A stretch of 64,000 nt of DNA from positions 1,536,001-1,600,000 of the forward strand of contig CAVRBU010000002.1 of assembly GCA_963719315.1 (NCBI GenBank). Direction: 5' to 3'. Shown here in pieces: positions 50,255 to 60,813 of this stretch (positions are counted from its first letter, which is position 1; each line of letters starts with the position of its first letter). The notes beneath the pieces are model-generated. The model saw only the letters and a list, made by a program, of their open reading frames with translations, made no database searches and was not told where the DNA came from. Origin of the DNA: an uncultured Planctomycetota bacterium. Its GTDB lineage: Bacteria; Planctomycetota; Planctomycetia; Pirellulales; Lacipirellulaceae. The position numbers and the translations under genes were made by a program.

Positions 50255-51391
50255 ATGACCACCACTGCTTCCCAATGCCGAACGCCCCGCCGCGTGTTGC
50301 AGGTCATCACGCCCTCGCGGATGAGCGGCGCCGAAATGCAGCTCGTGCGGATGACGCCCCACCTGAAGGCCCGTGGGCACGCCATTACTACGCTGGTGAA
50401 AGCAGGCAGCTCGGCCATTCCCGAAATGCACCGCCTTGGCCTCCAAACCGCGTCCGCGCGAATCTCGGGAAAGCTCAACCCAGCGGCCGTGCCTCTGCTG
50501 GCCTATGCCGCGCGGCAACATCGGGCAGACCTCATTCAATCCACGCTCTCCACCGCCAGTTGGTGGAGCGGCTGGCTCGAACGCCTCGGCGGGCCGCCCT
50601 CCATCGGCCACGTGCAAGGCTTCACCTCGGCCAAGTGGCACCGCCATCAATCCCATTTGCTGGCCGTTTCCGACGCAGTGAAACGCGATTTGGTGAAGCA
50701 AGGCATCGACCCCGATCGCTTCACCGTGCTGCACAACGCGATTTCGCCCGATGACTTCTTCGCCACCCGCGACCCGTTGCTCGTCCGCGCCGAGCTAGGT
50801 GCCGACGCCGACACGCCGGTCGTCGGCACATTTGCCCATCTCTCGGAGAAAAAGGGCCATCGCGATTTGTTTGACGCCATCCCCGTCGTTCTTCGTCAAT
50901 TGCCCAATGCCCAGTTTTGGATCGTCGGCGAGGGTCAGCTCTGGGAAGAGCTCCACCAAACGGCCGAGCTAACCGGCGTAATGCAAAACGTCCGCTTCCT
51001 CGGTTTCCGCCGCGACGTCGCCAACCTCATGAACGCGATCGACGTGATGGCCCTCCCCTCGCGCCGCGAGCCGTGTGCACTTGCGTATGTGGAAACTGCC
51101 CTCTCGCGCAAGCCGAGCATCGGCTGCTGCTCCGGCGGCGCGCCCGAGTCGATCGCCGACGGCGAAACGGGGCTGCTTGTGCCGGTGGGCGACTCGGCCT
51201 CCCTCGCCCAGTCGCTCCTCACGCTACTCACCAATCGCGACTACGCCGCCCGCATGGGCCGCGCCGGTTACGATCGCGCCGTCGGCCTGTTCGGCTGGGA
51301 TCGCTTCATCCATACACTCGAACGTGTATACGAACGCGTCCTCGACGAACACCCCGCCAACCGCCGCACTGCCTGCCGCTCCGCGGCTTAG
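50255..51391 (+). CDS. GT4 glycosyltransferase
   Basis: SGAE; KKGH; GFRRDV; EPCALAYVE; GETGLLV. Confidence 0.9.
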   Translation: MTTTASQCRTPRRVLQVITPSRMSGAEMQLVRMTPHLKARGHAITTLVKAGSSAIPEMHRLGLQTASARISGKLNPAAVPLLAYAARQHRADLIQSTLSTASWWSGWLERLGGPPSIGHVQGFTSAKWHRHQSHLLAVSDAVKRDLVKQGIDPDRFTVLHNAISPDDFFATRDPLLVRAELGADADTPVVGTFAHLSEKKGHRDLFDAIPVVLRQLPNAQFWIVGEGQLWEELHQTAELTGVMQNVRFLGFRRDVANLMNAIDVMALPSRREPCALAYVETALSRKPSIGCCSGGAPESIADGETGLLVPVGDSASLAQSLLTLLTNRDYAARMGRAGYDRAVGLFGWDRFIHTLERVYERVLDEHPANRRTACRSAA

Positions 51392-51422
51392 CGAACTGAC
51401 GACTAAACATGCCAATCGCAAT

Positions 51423-51494
51423 GTGGGAGGCGTCTCCGACGCCGATAAAACCTACAAGTTCGAACGCGGCATCGGCCTCAGAGAGGCCTCCCAC
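51423..51494. repeat. GTGG-type REP doublet
   Basis: GTGGGAGGCGTCTCCGACGCCGAT ... ATCGGCCTCAGAGAGGCCTCCCAC. Confidence 0.75.
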
Positions 51495-51532
51495 CAATCG
51501 TCCCGAAACAGCAAAACCGCACCTTGTCATAA

Positions 51533-52687
51533 CACACAGAGTCCGGCCGGGCTATCTCGCGGTCGCCCCGCGCCCCGCGCGTCCTCCACGCCATCGCACC
51601 CTCGAAGCTGGCCGGCGCGGAGACGTTCCTGTTACGATTGTTCCGCCGCGCATCGCTCGACCAGTTTGTCAGCCACTGCGTTGTAAGTCGCAACCGCGCC
51701 AACCTCGAGCTACTGGCCGCCAACCTGCCGTTCGACCGCGTCGGAATCGGCGGCAAAGCGAACCTGCTTGCCGTTTCGCGCCTGGCTGCCGCCGCCCGCC
51801 GCTTCCAGGCCGACGTGCTCCACACGCACCTTTCGACTGCCAGTTGGTGGGCCGGCTGGCTCGAACAACTAGGCGGCCCACCCTCGATCGGCCACGTCCA
51901 CGGCTTCACCTCAGCCCGTTGGCACCGCCGCCAAAGCCACCTCATCGCCTGCTCGGCCGCCGTCCAACAAGACCTGATCGAAAAGGGGATCGCCGCCGAC
52001 CGAATCACCGTCCTCCATTACCCGCTCGAACCTGAAGACCTCCGCCCCACGCGGTCGCGGGCCGACGTCCGCCGCGAGTTGGGCGTGGAAGCGAATACGC
52101 CCGTCGTCGGGACATTCGCCCACCTCTCGCCCAAGAAGGGTCATCGCGAGCTTATCCAAGCCGCCGCCCTCGTCCTCAACACCATGCCCAACGCCCAATT
52201 CTGGTGCTTCGGCGAAGGCCCGTTACGAACCGAGTTAGAACAAACGGCCCGCCGCCTCGGCATCGCCGACCGCTTCAGGCTCTTCGGCTTCCGCCGCGAC
52301 GTGGCCAACCTCATGCCCGCCATCGACGTGATGTGCCTCGCCTCTCACCGCGAACCCTTCGGCCTCGTCTATCTGGAAGCCGCCCTTGCCGAAAAACCCG
52401 TCATCGCCTGCCAAGCCGGCGGCGCCCCCGAAATAATCGAACACAACGAAACCGGCCTACTAATTCCCCCTCCCCTTCTGCCTTCCACACTCCCCACTCG
52501 CCACTCCGCACTTGCCCTTTCCACTCCCCACTCCCCACTCGCCACCGCCCTCTTCACCCTCCTCGACAACCCCACCACCGCAGCCACCATGGGCCGCCGC
52601 GCCCGCGAGCGCGCCCTCGACCGCTTCCGCTGGAGCGACTACCTCGCCAACCTCACCGCCCTCTACGACCGCATCCGCAAAGTGTAG
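51533..52687 (+). CDS. GT4 glycosyltransferase, paralogue of the upstream gene (start unclear)
   Basis: Frame open upstream of the called ORF (RVLHAIAPSKLAGAETFL); shared LSTASWW.GWLE.LGGPPSIGHV.GFTSA; EPFGLVYLEA. Confidence 0.88.
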   Translation, partial: HTESGRAISRSPRAPRVLHAIAPSKLAGAETFLLRLFRRASLDQFVSHCVVSRNRANLELLAANLPFDRVGIGGKANLLAVSRLAAAARRFQADVLHTHLSTASWWAGWLEQLGGPPSIGHVHGFTSARWHRRQSHLIACSAAVQQDLIEKGIAADRITVLHYPLEPEDLRPTRSRADVRRELGVEANTPVVGTFAHLSPKKGHRELIQAAALVLNTMPNAQFWCFGEGPLRTELEQTARRLGIADRFRLFGFRRDVANLMPAIDVMCLASHREPFGLVYLEAALAEKPVIACQAGGAPEIIEHNETGLLIPPPLLPSTLPTRHSALALSTPHSPLATALFTLLDNPTTAATMGRRARERALDRFRWSDYLANLTALYDRIRKV

Positions 52688-53123
52688 TCCTCTGGCTCCT
52701 TTTTGTTCGCGGAGCGAGCCGTCGTGTTGAGTGCGCACCGACCGCCAGCACTGTCTCGCGTTCCGAGAATCGAACAATAGGCGGGCCGTCTGTCGCTGCG
52801 GGGTGTTGCGGTCTCGTGTTGGGGTTTAACGAGCAAAACGATTTGCGGAATGTTCGAGAATTACAGTGCGGCCGGGGAGTATTGCGCTCGCGTGCCTTGC
52901 GCGTTGGATTCACAACCTGTTGCGGCCCAAGGGGTTGAATTTTGCTCGCGACGTGGAAAATTTTTTTTCGCGTGCAAAAGTCCGAGTTTCGCTCGTCAGC
53001 CGGCATGAATCGCTCGGATAATCCAGGCTCGGCGAGCATCGCGGGCGGGCAAAAGTCAGGGAGTTTACGTTCATTGATGCACTAACCGAACGCCTTTCGA
53101 CGCGATTGGGGAGAGGCCCACGA

Positions 53124-53209
53124 AGTACGTCCCTTCTGCCGGAAGGGACCTCCGTGCGGGTGGAGTGCGCACACAGCCGCTGAGGTCCCGCTCGGCAAGC
53201 GGGACCTAC
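53124..53209. repeat. REP doublet, copy of 19144-19228
   Basis: GTCCCTTCTGCCGGAAGGGACC ... AGGTCCCGCTCGGCAAGCGGGACCTAC. Confidence 0.8.
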
Positions 53210-53386
53210 TTGGAGTTGCTTCAAAATGCCAAAGAACCAAGGCCGGATTTTCTGCGCGGAGATCGAATGTAGCAGATTGGGCGCGGATTTCTAGATTCGA
53301 TTTTTGGCCGGGTGCTGGACGAGGAACAAGGGGCGAGGTGCAACGCAGTCGCTGCGATTTGGTGTGCAACACCTGCGGCGTAATCA

Positions 53387-53500
53387 TTACGGATTGCCCG
53401 CATATTCGGCCGGCAAACTATTCACGAGCTTCACGGTCTCGACGCTGACGCGGACGACCTGGCCCAGCAGGTGGACGATGTATTCTTCATCGCCGGTCGT
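53387..53500 (-). pseudogene. C-terminal remnant of a type ISP R-M enzyme
   Basis: DEEYIVHLLGQVVRVSVETVKLVNSLP resembles the type ISP C-terminal end; no upstream body. Confidence 0.6.
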
Positions 53501-53553
53501 TCGTCTCTCGGAACGCGAGATAGAAAGTCGTGCCGGAATGCGACGGCAATCGC

Positions 53554-54669
53554 TTACCCACATTTCCGCGCCGCGTGCAGGCTCAGCAATTGATCGCACG
53601 CATGAGTGGCCATCGCGACGTTGATTGCCCGCATCGCCGAGTCGTCGGCCCCGCGGCGTTCGAGCGACGAGCCGGCCTCGTAGCGGATTTGCATTCGCAC
53701 GTTTTGCGGGCCGTATGCGCCGCACCAGTCGGCCCGGCTGGGCCCGTGCATGCTGACGGTGGGAGTACCGACGGCCACGGCCAAGTGCATCGGCCCCGTA
53801 TCGGAACCAACGAACAGCGCCGCCCGCCGGCACAGTGCGCCGAGCTCCAACATCGAAGTAGGCGGCGCTACGATGGCATGCCCGTCGCTCGCGGCGACGA
53901 TCGATTCGGCCAGCGGCGCTTCCGCCGGCGTGCCCCAGACCGCGATGCTCCGGATGCCGTGCGTGCGAAACAAATGCTGTGCGAGCTCGCCATACCGTTC
54001 GGCCGGCCACATCTTCGAGGGCCACCCGGCCCCCGGGTTCAGGACCGCAAACCGCTGCCCGGCCAAACCGCTTTCGCGCAAGAACTTGTCGGCAACCTGT
54101 GCGTCGGCTGCTCGTTCGGGCAGATCGAACCGCACCTCCGGCGACTCGATCCCCAACGTTCGCAGCATGCTCAAATAGTGTTCGATGACATGCGTACCCC
54201 CGGCCTCGACCAGTTCGTTGTTGAACACGCGACTCAACTCGCGGCCATGTTCGCCCGACTTGCCGATCCGCCGCGGCGCTCCGCTGAGCCAGGCTGTAAT
54301 CGCACTCTTGGAAAGGCACTGGAGATCGAGCGTGATGTCGAAATTCAATTCGCGAAGTCGCCGCCGCATGTTCCAAACTTCACGCGGGGATTTCCAGTAT
54401 CGCCGCGGCACGCGGACCAATTCATCGAGCACCGGGTGCCCGTCGAGCACATCCCCCGCAGTCCCCTCGGTGATCCACGCCAGGAAAGCGTCCGGCAACG
54501 CCGCCCGCAATGCGCACAGCACGGGTATGCCATGGATCACGTCGCCGATGGCCGACAGGCGCACGATGAGAATCCGGGGCGAACCGTTGGCAATAGTGTC
54601 GATAGTTGGCCGTTGAGCTTGATTATCGAGTTTCGCACGCTTGCGGTGCGAAGTTTCGGGAGTGTCCAT
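53554..54669 (-). CDS. GT9 family (heptosyltransferase-like) glycosyltransferase
   Basis: ILIVRLSAIGDVIH; DLQ.L.KS; LNPGAGWPSKMWP; GSDTGPMHLA. Confidence 0.92.
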   Translation of the reverse strand: MDTPETSHRKRAKLDNQAQRPTIDTIANGSPRILIVRLSAIGDVIHGIPVLCALRAALPDAFLAWITEGTAGDVLDGHPVLDELVRVPRRYWKSPREVWNMRRRLRELNFDITLDLQCLSKSAITAWLSGAPRRIGKSGEHGRELSRVFNNELVEAGGTHVIEHYLSMLRTLGIESPEVRFDLPERAADAQVADKFLRESGLAGQRFAVLNPGAGWPSKMWPAERYGELAQHLFRTHGIRSIAVWGTPAEAPLAESIVAASDGHAIVAPPTSMLELGALCRRAALFVGSDTGPMHLAVAVGTPTVSMHGPSRADWCGAYGPQNVRMQIRYEAGSSLERRGADDSAMRAINVAMATHACDQLLSLHAARKCG

Positions 54670-54890
54670 CGGCGTATTTCCTGACAAGATCGGATATCGG
54701 ATGTGATTCTAACGAATGTGTTGCCATATTGGGACGCCGGTTATTGCGGAGATGTTCCGCAATTCAGGCCGAAGGACAATTTGGCAATACAGGCAATTAG
54801 AGCCTTTTGGAAAGCGCTTGACAGGGCGAGGGAGAGGCAGGCCACCCTCAAGAATGCCCCGTAATTCTTCTGAGCGCTATGCCAATCCGT

Positions 54891-56045
54891 TCACTTGTCG
54901 GCATCCACTTCCGGCCACTGCGCATTGCGAACGTCGAGCTTGATATCGGCATACTGTGTGGGTCCGTCACGGGCCACGACGAACGGGTCGGCCAGTTGGG
55001 TCTTGAAACCGACATTGCCGTCGATTCGCACGCGGAAGGCATACTTGCCGTAATCGACCAGCCGCAGGTTTTTTATGCTGCCGTCCACCTGCAAGCCGTG
55101 GATTTCATAGCAGCCGCCGTAGTCGTTCGACCGGCCGATCTGGAGCAGCGTTAGCGGCTTGCCGCTGTTGTCCCCGCCGACGTAGCAGCCGTAAACGTTC
55201 AGTGGTCCACCCTGGTCGAACTTGAAAGCGGTCTCCCAGCCACTGCGGAGATCGAACCCATACAACCAGTGGACCGCCGATTGCATGCCTTCGACCCAGT
55301 ACGGCAGCCGGACATGATGCATCAAGAGAGCAAAATGCTTTTGCTGATCCGCGTGGTTGTGATCGGGCGTGTCCAGATAATGGAGCCCCACGTCGCACTG
55401 CGTAATCGAGAGTTGATCCGTGACGAGATTGCCACAAGGTGGGGAGATGCGGGCCTCGACAACGATGCCTGTGCCGGCCAATGACGGATAATTCGGGTGA
55501 CGCAGTGGCCCACCGTTGAGAATCAAGCGCTCGATTCGCCCGCCAGAACCGCGATATATGATCATTGGCTGACCGAATGCGCCGTTCCAAATGATCCGCG
55601 TTGCACCCACGTTTTTGACGGCAATCGAATACGTATAGCCGCCCGAACCACATAGTGCACCCCCGAACCCGGCCGGCCATTTGATTGGAGTCTTAATGTA
55701 ATAATCGGCAAGTGTACCGACTGGCGCGACCTTCAGCTTACGGTTGATTTCATCCGCCAGCATCCGCGACAGGATGGGTCCATTGTCGACGCCGGCATCG
55801 TTCGGCACGCAGCCGTAGTCGTCCCAGGTCAAGATCGGCGGGCCAGCGCTCGAATCCTCAAGAACTAGCGTCTGGGCAGCAGTTCGCTGCAACTTGAGCT
55901 CGCGGCCCCCGACTATCACGACACTTGGTGGATCGCACGAAGCGACGGTGCTCCAGCAGAGTGCCCACACAAAGGCCGCAAGACAAATAGACATTGAGAA
56001 GAGATGACGCATAACGAAGCGTTGGAATTTGGATGTGTGTGTCAT
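54891..56045 (-). CDS. Hypothetical secreted protein (possible beta-helix)
   Basis: Signal-peptide-like start; DDYG..PNDAGVDN motif recalls pectate-lyase-like N-termini. Confidence 0.6.
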   Translation of the reverse strand: MTHTSKFQRFVMRHLFSMSICLAAFVWALCWSTVASCDPPSVVIVGGRELKLQRTAAQTLVLEDSSAGPPILTWDDYGCVPNDAGVDNGPILSRMLADEINRKLKVAPVGTLADYYIKTPIKWPAGFGGALCGSGGYTYSIAVKNVGATRIIWNGAFGQPMIIYRGSGGRIERLILNGGPLRHPNYPSLAGTGIVVEARISPPCGNLVTDQLSITQCDVGLHYLDTPDHNHADQQKHFALLMHHVRLPYWVEGMQSAVHWLYGFDLRSGWETAFKFDQGGPLNVYGCYVGGDNSGKPLTLLQIGRSNDYGGCYEIHGLQVDGSIKNLRLVDYGKYAFRVRIDGNVGFKTQLADPFVVARDGPTQYADIKLDVRNAQWPEVDADK

Positions 56046-56132
56046 TGTCGAAAATCAGATTCACTGTTTCGTGTTAAATGCTAACTTGTACTCAGTTCGC
56101 TGGGTCGTGCCGCCCGATAATCTCATCTTGTG

Positions 56133-57686
56133 TCATATAGTAGGCTGATCCTGCGACGCGGTGTCGACCGCCGGCAACCGACTTCCGTGGCGCACGCGTC
56201 TCCAAAGCGGCGCCACTTGTTGGGTTAAGTCGTGCAGCGACGCCGGCACAAGTAGATACACTACGAATACGTATACAGCGCAAAACGTCAAGCTACCCCC
56301 ACCGATCGCTGCCAAATCACCAATTTTGTTAGCCGGAAGACACGCTTGCCATAGCACGCTTGGAACTATCGCGACGACTCCCGCCAATAACGGGCTTAAT
56401 AGGGCTCGAAAAAAGCTGCCCAGCGGGGCGTAGTTGTGTGTGGCGAGCCAGTGGATCGCGGGGCTATAAAAACAGTGAAAAACTGCAACTCCGATCGCAA
56501 TGGAAACGATGCTCGGGTGTGACAGAACAATTTCAGTCAGAATTCCCACAAATACGATCGCACTACCCGCCGTCAACGACAATTGCTCGCGGAAACGCCC
56601 TTGCGCGAGCAGTAGACTTGCGGCCGGCCAGCACGCGGCGTTAATCATCAAGCCCAGAGTAAGGATCTGGCATGGCAATACCGCATCCAGCCAGCGCGGT
56701 GGGAACACAACTCGAAAAAGCGGTCCGGCAAGCAGGACTTGCAGCAGGCACACTGGCACCGTAACCAATGTTAATAGCCGCATCGCTCGCAGCGCTGCCT
56801 GAACTTGCTTCGTTGGTTCGAGAGACAAGTGGCTAAGACCCGGAAACAAGACCAGCGGAATATTTCCTGAAAGCAGGCGTAGAGGTTGAAGGGCGATGTT
56901 GAACGCAAACACGTACGCGCCGATCGTTGCATCACTCAGGCCGGCCAAACCGAGCGCCATGTAGTCGGCTTGGTTGATAAACGTGTTGAGCAGATTGGTC
57001 ATACCCACCGTAACGCTATTTCCAAATATGTATTTCCAGCGAGAAAACTCCAGACGGCGGCGGATTGGCGGTCGGGCAAGTCGCCAGGTCGCCATCGATA
57101 CCACGGCCGATGCAATGGGCACCGGCACGACAAAGCTATATGCTTTCATGCCGCAGTACGCAAAAAGAATCGTCAGCGCCGCCGTAAGTACGCTCCCTAG
57201 CAATCCCACCACAACGATGGCCCGAAAACGCATCTGCATCTGCAACTGCGCTTTGGGAACGACTTGCAGCGCCTGAATCGGCAGCGCGATCGCGAGCACC
57301 GCGATCAATCCGATCAATCTCGGTTGCGCGTACATCCAAGCGGCTACCGGCGCCAGTAGGAGCATCACCCCACAGCCGACTATTCCCATCGTGGCCACTA
57401 GCCAAAATGCGGGCGTTGCCCAATACCGATATCGCCGCAGCCGCTGCACTAGAACCGTATCCACGCCCGGGTTTGCCATCAGCGTGACGAGCGTCGTCAC
57501 GGTATACGCCAAGCCGATAAGTCCGAAATCGCTCTTCGCAAGCAGCCACGCGAGGGCGACCTGCTGCACCAACGTCACGCCGCGCGACAATGCCGCCTGA
57601 ACTGCGACCAACATCACCCCACGGGTCGTCTTCTGCCGAAGCGATGGCGATTCGCTTGGCGGCGTTTGAAATGCTGCGCTGGCCAT
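56133..57686 (-). CDS. Wzx-type polysaccharide flippase
   Basis: SLRQKT.RG; LAWLL..SDFGLI; many TM helices; INQADY; GAY.FAFN. Confidence 0.88.
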   Translation of the reverse strand: MASAAFQTPPSESPSLRQKTTRGVMLVAVQAALSRGVTLVQQVALAWLLAKSDFGLIGLAYTVTTLVTLMANPGVDTVLVQRLRRYRYWATPAFWLVATMGIVGCGVMLLLAPVAAWMYAQPRLIGLIAVLAIALPIQALQVVPKAQLQMQMRFRAIVVVGLLGSVLTAALTILFAYCGMKAYSFVVPVPIASAVVSMATWRLARPPIRRRLEFSRWKYIFGNSVTVGMTNLLNTFINQADYMALGLAGLSDATIGAYVFAFNIALQPLRLLSGNIPLVLFPGLSHLSLEPTKQVQAALRAMRLLTLVTVPVCLLQVLLAGPLFRVVFPPRWLDAVLPCQILTLGLMINAACWPAASLLLAQGRFREQLSLTAGSAIVFVGILTEIVLSHPSIVSIAIGVAVFHCFYSPAIHWLATHNYAPLGSFFRALLSPLLAGVVAIVPSVLWQACLPANKIGDLAAIGGGSLTFCAVYVFVVYLLVPASLHDLTQQVAPLWRRVRHGSRLPAVDTASQDQPTI

Positions 57687-57772
57687 CTGAAATACCAATG
57701 TGGGCACTTACGACTCGCGAGTCGTCGGTGGAACTTAAGCTAGTTCCCGCGAATCCTCTGATAGAAATTCGT

Positions 57773-58519
57773 TCAGCAATACTTCTGGCACCGATCCAGG
57801 CTGCCAAATTTGAGCACGAAAGCCAAGTCGATTTCGCCGAGTGCCCCATCGAGCGGCCGCCGCAGAAAGCCAGGTACGTCGAAAACCTTATAATTCCTCG
57901 CGTCCATATATGCGACCACATCTACCATTAGCGGTCGCGTTGGTGACGTTGCGTACAGCCCAACCTCCATCACCAGGCATTGCGTGTGGCCAAATATTTT
58001 CGACGCTCCATTGAGCGCTTCCAGCTCGAATCCCTGCACGTCCAGCTTCACCAGATCTGGAAGCGTCTCGGGCTGCGCATACAGTGAGTCGATTGTCAAA
58101 ATTGGCACGCGGCGTTTTTCACAGGCCGCAGTTTCGTCCACAAGTGGCAGCAGCGACGACCCCGCCAAGTGATCCTGCCACACGTTGAGCAACATCTCTC
58201 CCGCCTGTGGTCCTGCCGCGGCAAGCTCGCAACGACTTCCTTCTGATTCGGAACAGAATTTTCTGAGATAGGGCAACATCTCCTCCTGCGGCTCGATCAA
58301 GACAAAACGCGCCTCGGGAAAGACGGTCCGCGCCATGCGGGCCCATTCTGCTCGGTTCGCACCAACGTCCAAAATATTGTTGGGACGAAACCCCATCCGG
58401 TGAAGACGCTCGAGAAATGGCGCCATTTCGCCAATACACGTTGTCCGTCGGCGAACGGACCAGCCCAATCGTTGTGAGGCGGATTTCGCCCAGCGTGCAA
58501 GTTGTCGTTTGATCGACAT
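57773..58519 (-). CDS. FkbM family methyltransferase
   Basis: LDVGAN; IEP; LVKLDVQGFELEAL. Confidence 0.9.
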   Translation of the reverse strand: MSIKRQLARWAKSASQRLGWSVRRRTTCIGEMAPFLERLHRMGFRPNNILDVGANRAEWARMARTVFPEARFVLIEPQEEMLPYLRKFCSESEGSRCELAAAGPQAGEMLLNVWQDHLAGSSLLPLVDETAACEKRRVPILTIDSLYAQPETLPDLVKLDVQGFELEALNGASKIFGHTQCLVMEVGLYATSPTRPLMVDVVAYMDARNYKVFDVPGFLRRPLDGALGEIDLAFVLKFGSLDRCQKYC

Positions 58520-58573
58520 GAATTAGATCGCGACGAATGGCTGAAAGTTCCGCCGGTGGGACCATCAATCTGG

Positions 58574-59533
58574 CTACTTCGGCAACAAAAGAATATTCTC
58601 GTACCTGTATTTGGGCAGAAGCTGATGCGGCTCGATTACGCCGTTCCGCGCTTCGAACGGCCGATAACCATGGGAAATTACAGCTTCGAGCAACTCCCTA
58701 CTGCGGCTGCTGTTCCGCTCAAGATCGTCACCGACTTCAACGGTCAAAATCGGACGCGCCCGGCGGATCGTCTCCGCCATTCCAGCCAGGATGTTCAGTT
58801 CCGCCCCCTCAGCATCGAGCTTTAGAAAGTTTGGCGTCGCGCCCGTAATGCGCACATACTCATCGACCGAAGTTGCCTGCACTGTACATGGCGCCCCTGA
58901 CACGCCTTCGCGCATGTTATCTTCAACCTCCCCTGCCTGAATGGAATTGAACGCCGAATACATTGTCCCGTAGTCGCGAAATTCCAGCGACTCCGCTCTA
59001 GACCACAATGCCACATTGTTCACGCGCACATTCGGTTTCATGGCTGTGTTGCGCCGCAGCACTTCAAATGTGCTCGGCGTCGGTTCAAACGCGTGGACGG
59101 CCCCTGCCTTGCCGACCAGCGTCGACGCGAGCAGCGAGTAATAGCCGAAATGCGCTCCCACGTCGAAAAACACCATGCCTGGCTCGAGCGTGTTCAGGAT
59201 GATTTGCGTCAATCCGCGTTCGAAGAACTTATAGCGGTAGAGCGCCATCGACACCGGCTCCGGAAACACCACCTGCATATCGTCGCCCCAAAAGGTCGTC
59301 GCCCGCCGCCACACGGGCAAACGAAACTGCTTGGCATACAATTCAAGACATTTCGAGTACAGTAGACGAATGGGCGAGTGCAGCAGGCGCGAGAGTCGAG
59401 TTGGTCGATAGCGCCAGCCGCTGCGACAAAACTTTCGTTGAGAGTCGATGCCATCGGCGGGATAATAGAAAAGCGGATTCTGCACCGAAGACTGGTAAAC
59501 GCGATGATTTTCAGTATCTACGATCGTTTGCAA
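58574..59533 (-). CDS. FkbM family methyltransferase
   Basis: FDVGAHFGYYS; AFEP; FLKLDAEGAEL. Confidence 0.9.
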   Translation of the reverse strand: MQTIVDTENHRVYQSSVQNPLFYYPADGIDSQRKFCRSGWRYRPTRLSRLLHSPIRLLYSKCLELYAKQFRLPVWRRATTFWGDDMQVVFPEPVSMALYRYKFFERGLTQIILNTLEPGMVFFDVGAHFGYYSLLASTLVGKAGAVHAFEPTPSTFEVLRRNTAMKPNVRVNNVALWSRAESLEFRDYGTMYSAFNSIQAGEVEDNMREGVSGAPCTVQATSVDEYVRITGATPNFLKLDAEGAELNILAGMAETIRRARPILTVEVGDDLERNSSRSRELLEAVISHGYRPFEARNGVIEPHQLLPKYRYENILLLPK

Positions 59534-59719
59534 GCCGTCAAATCGCGCCGCCGTACGTAGCGATTGTTGGCATCATATTGAATGCCCCGGTGATTTGGCC
59601 GAGTTCGACCGCTATACCGGCGCTGCTTATACTCATGGTACACTCAACGAAATTCGGTACCTTAGCCTCTTAGGCGACGCGCATTTTTCCACTTGCCAAA
59701 GATATCCGGAGCGATTGCG

Positions 59720-60771
59720 ATGCGTGTGTTAGTCACCGGCAGCAGCGGCCTGATTGGCTCTGAGGCCGTCACATTTTTCGATGCGCAGGGCTGTTCCGTC
59801 CTCGGCGTGGACAATAACATGCGCGCCGATTTCTTCGGGCCGCACGGCGACACCACGGCTAACCGTGATCGGCTCGAAAATCAATGCCGCTCGTTCGAGC
59901 ACGTCGAGATGGATATCCGCGATCGCCCTGGTGTCGATCGCTTGTTCCGGGACCGGCCATGCGATCTGATCATCCACGCCGCGGCTCAACCGAGTCACGA
60001 CTTAGCCGCTCGCCGGCCGTTCGACGACTTCGACATGAATGCGGTAGGAACACTCAACTTGCTCGAGGCCTGCCGCCAGCATACGCCGAAAGCGGTCTTC
60101 ATATTGATGAGCACCAACAAGGTCTACGGAGACGGACCCAACCAGATCCCTCTCAAAGAACTCGAAAGCCGCTGGGACTACGCGGATCCTAAATACGCGA
60201 ACGGCATCCCGGAGACTTTCCCCGTCGACAACACGCTTCATTCGTTGTTCGGCGTGTCGAAGCTAGCGGGCGACGTGTTGGCTCAGGAATACGGTCGATA
60301 TTTCGGGTTGAAAACCGGCATTTTTCGTGGCGGATGCCTCACCGGCCCCCATCATGCCGGCGTCGAACTTCACGGCTTTCTCAACTATCTCATGGTGACG
60401 GCGCGGCGCAAAAACCGTATACGATTTTCGGTTACAAGGGCAAACAGGTGCGAGATCAAATCCACAGCCACGATGTGATCAACGCATTCTGGCAGTTCGC
60501 TCAGAACCCTCGGCCGGGCGAGGTCTACAATCTGGGTGGGGGTAAAGGAAATGCCGCGAGCCTGCTCGAATGCGTCGATATGATCGAGCAAGCGTCTGGC
60601 AAAAAACCGGAACTGATATACAACGAGCAGAACCGCATTGGCGACCACATTTGTTACTATTCCGATCTAACGAAGTTGCACGCTCACTTTCCCGATTGGA
60701 AACTTTCGTACTCTTTGCCGCAAATCATTGAAGAGATGGTTGCACTCATTTCCCGCCGATCGAGTCGCTAG
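59720..60771 (+). CDS. NAD-dependent epimerase/dehydratase (CDP-sugar epimerase-like; frameshift near 60402)
   Basis: [43 protein letters not shown]. Confidence 0.88.
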
Positions 60772-60813
60772 TGCAGCCGGGGCTCGATCGTCCGTATTTC
60801 TTGCCAACCTTGC

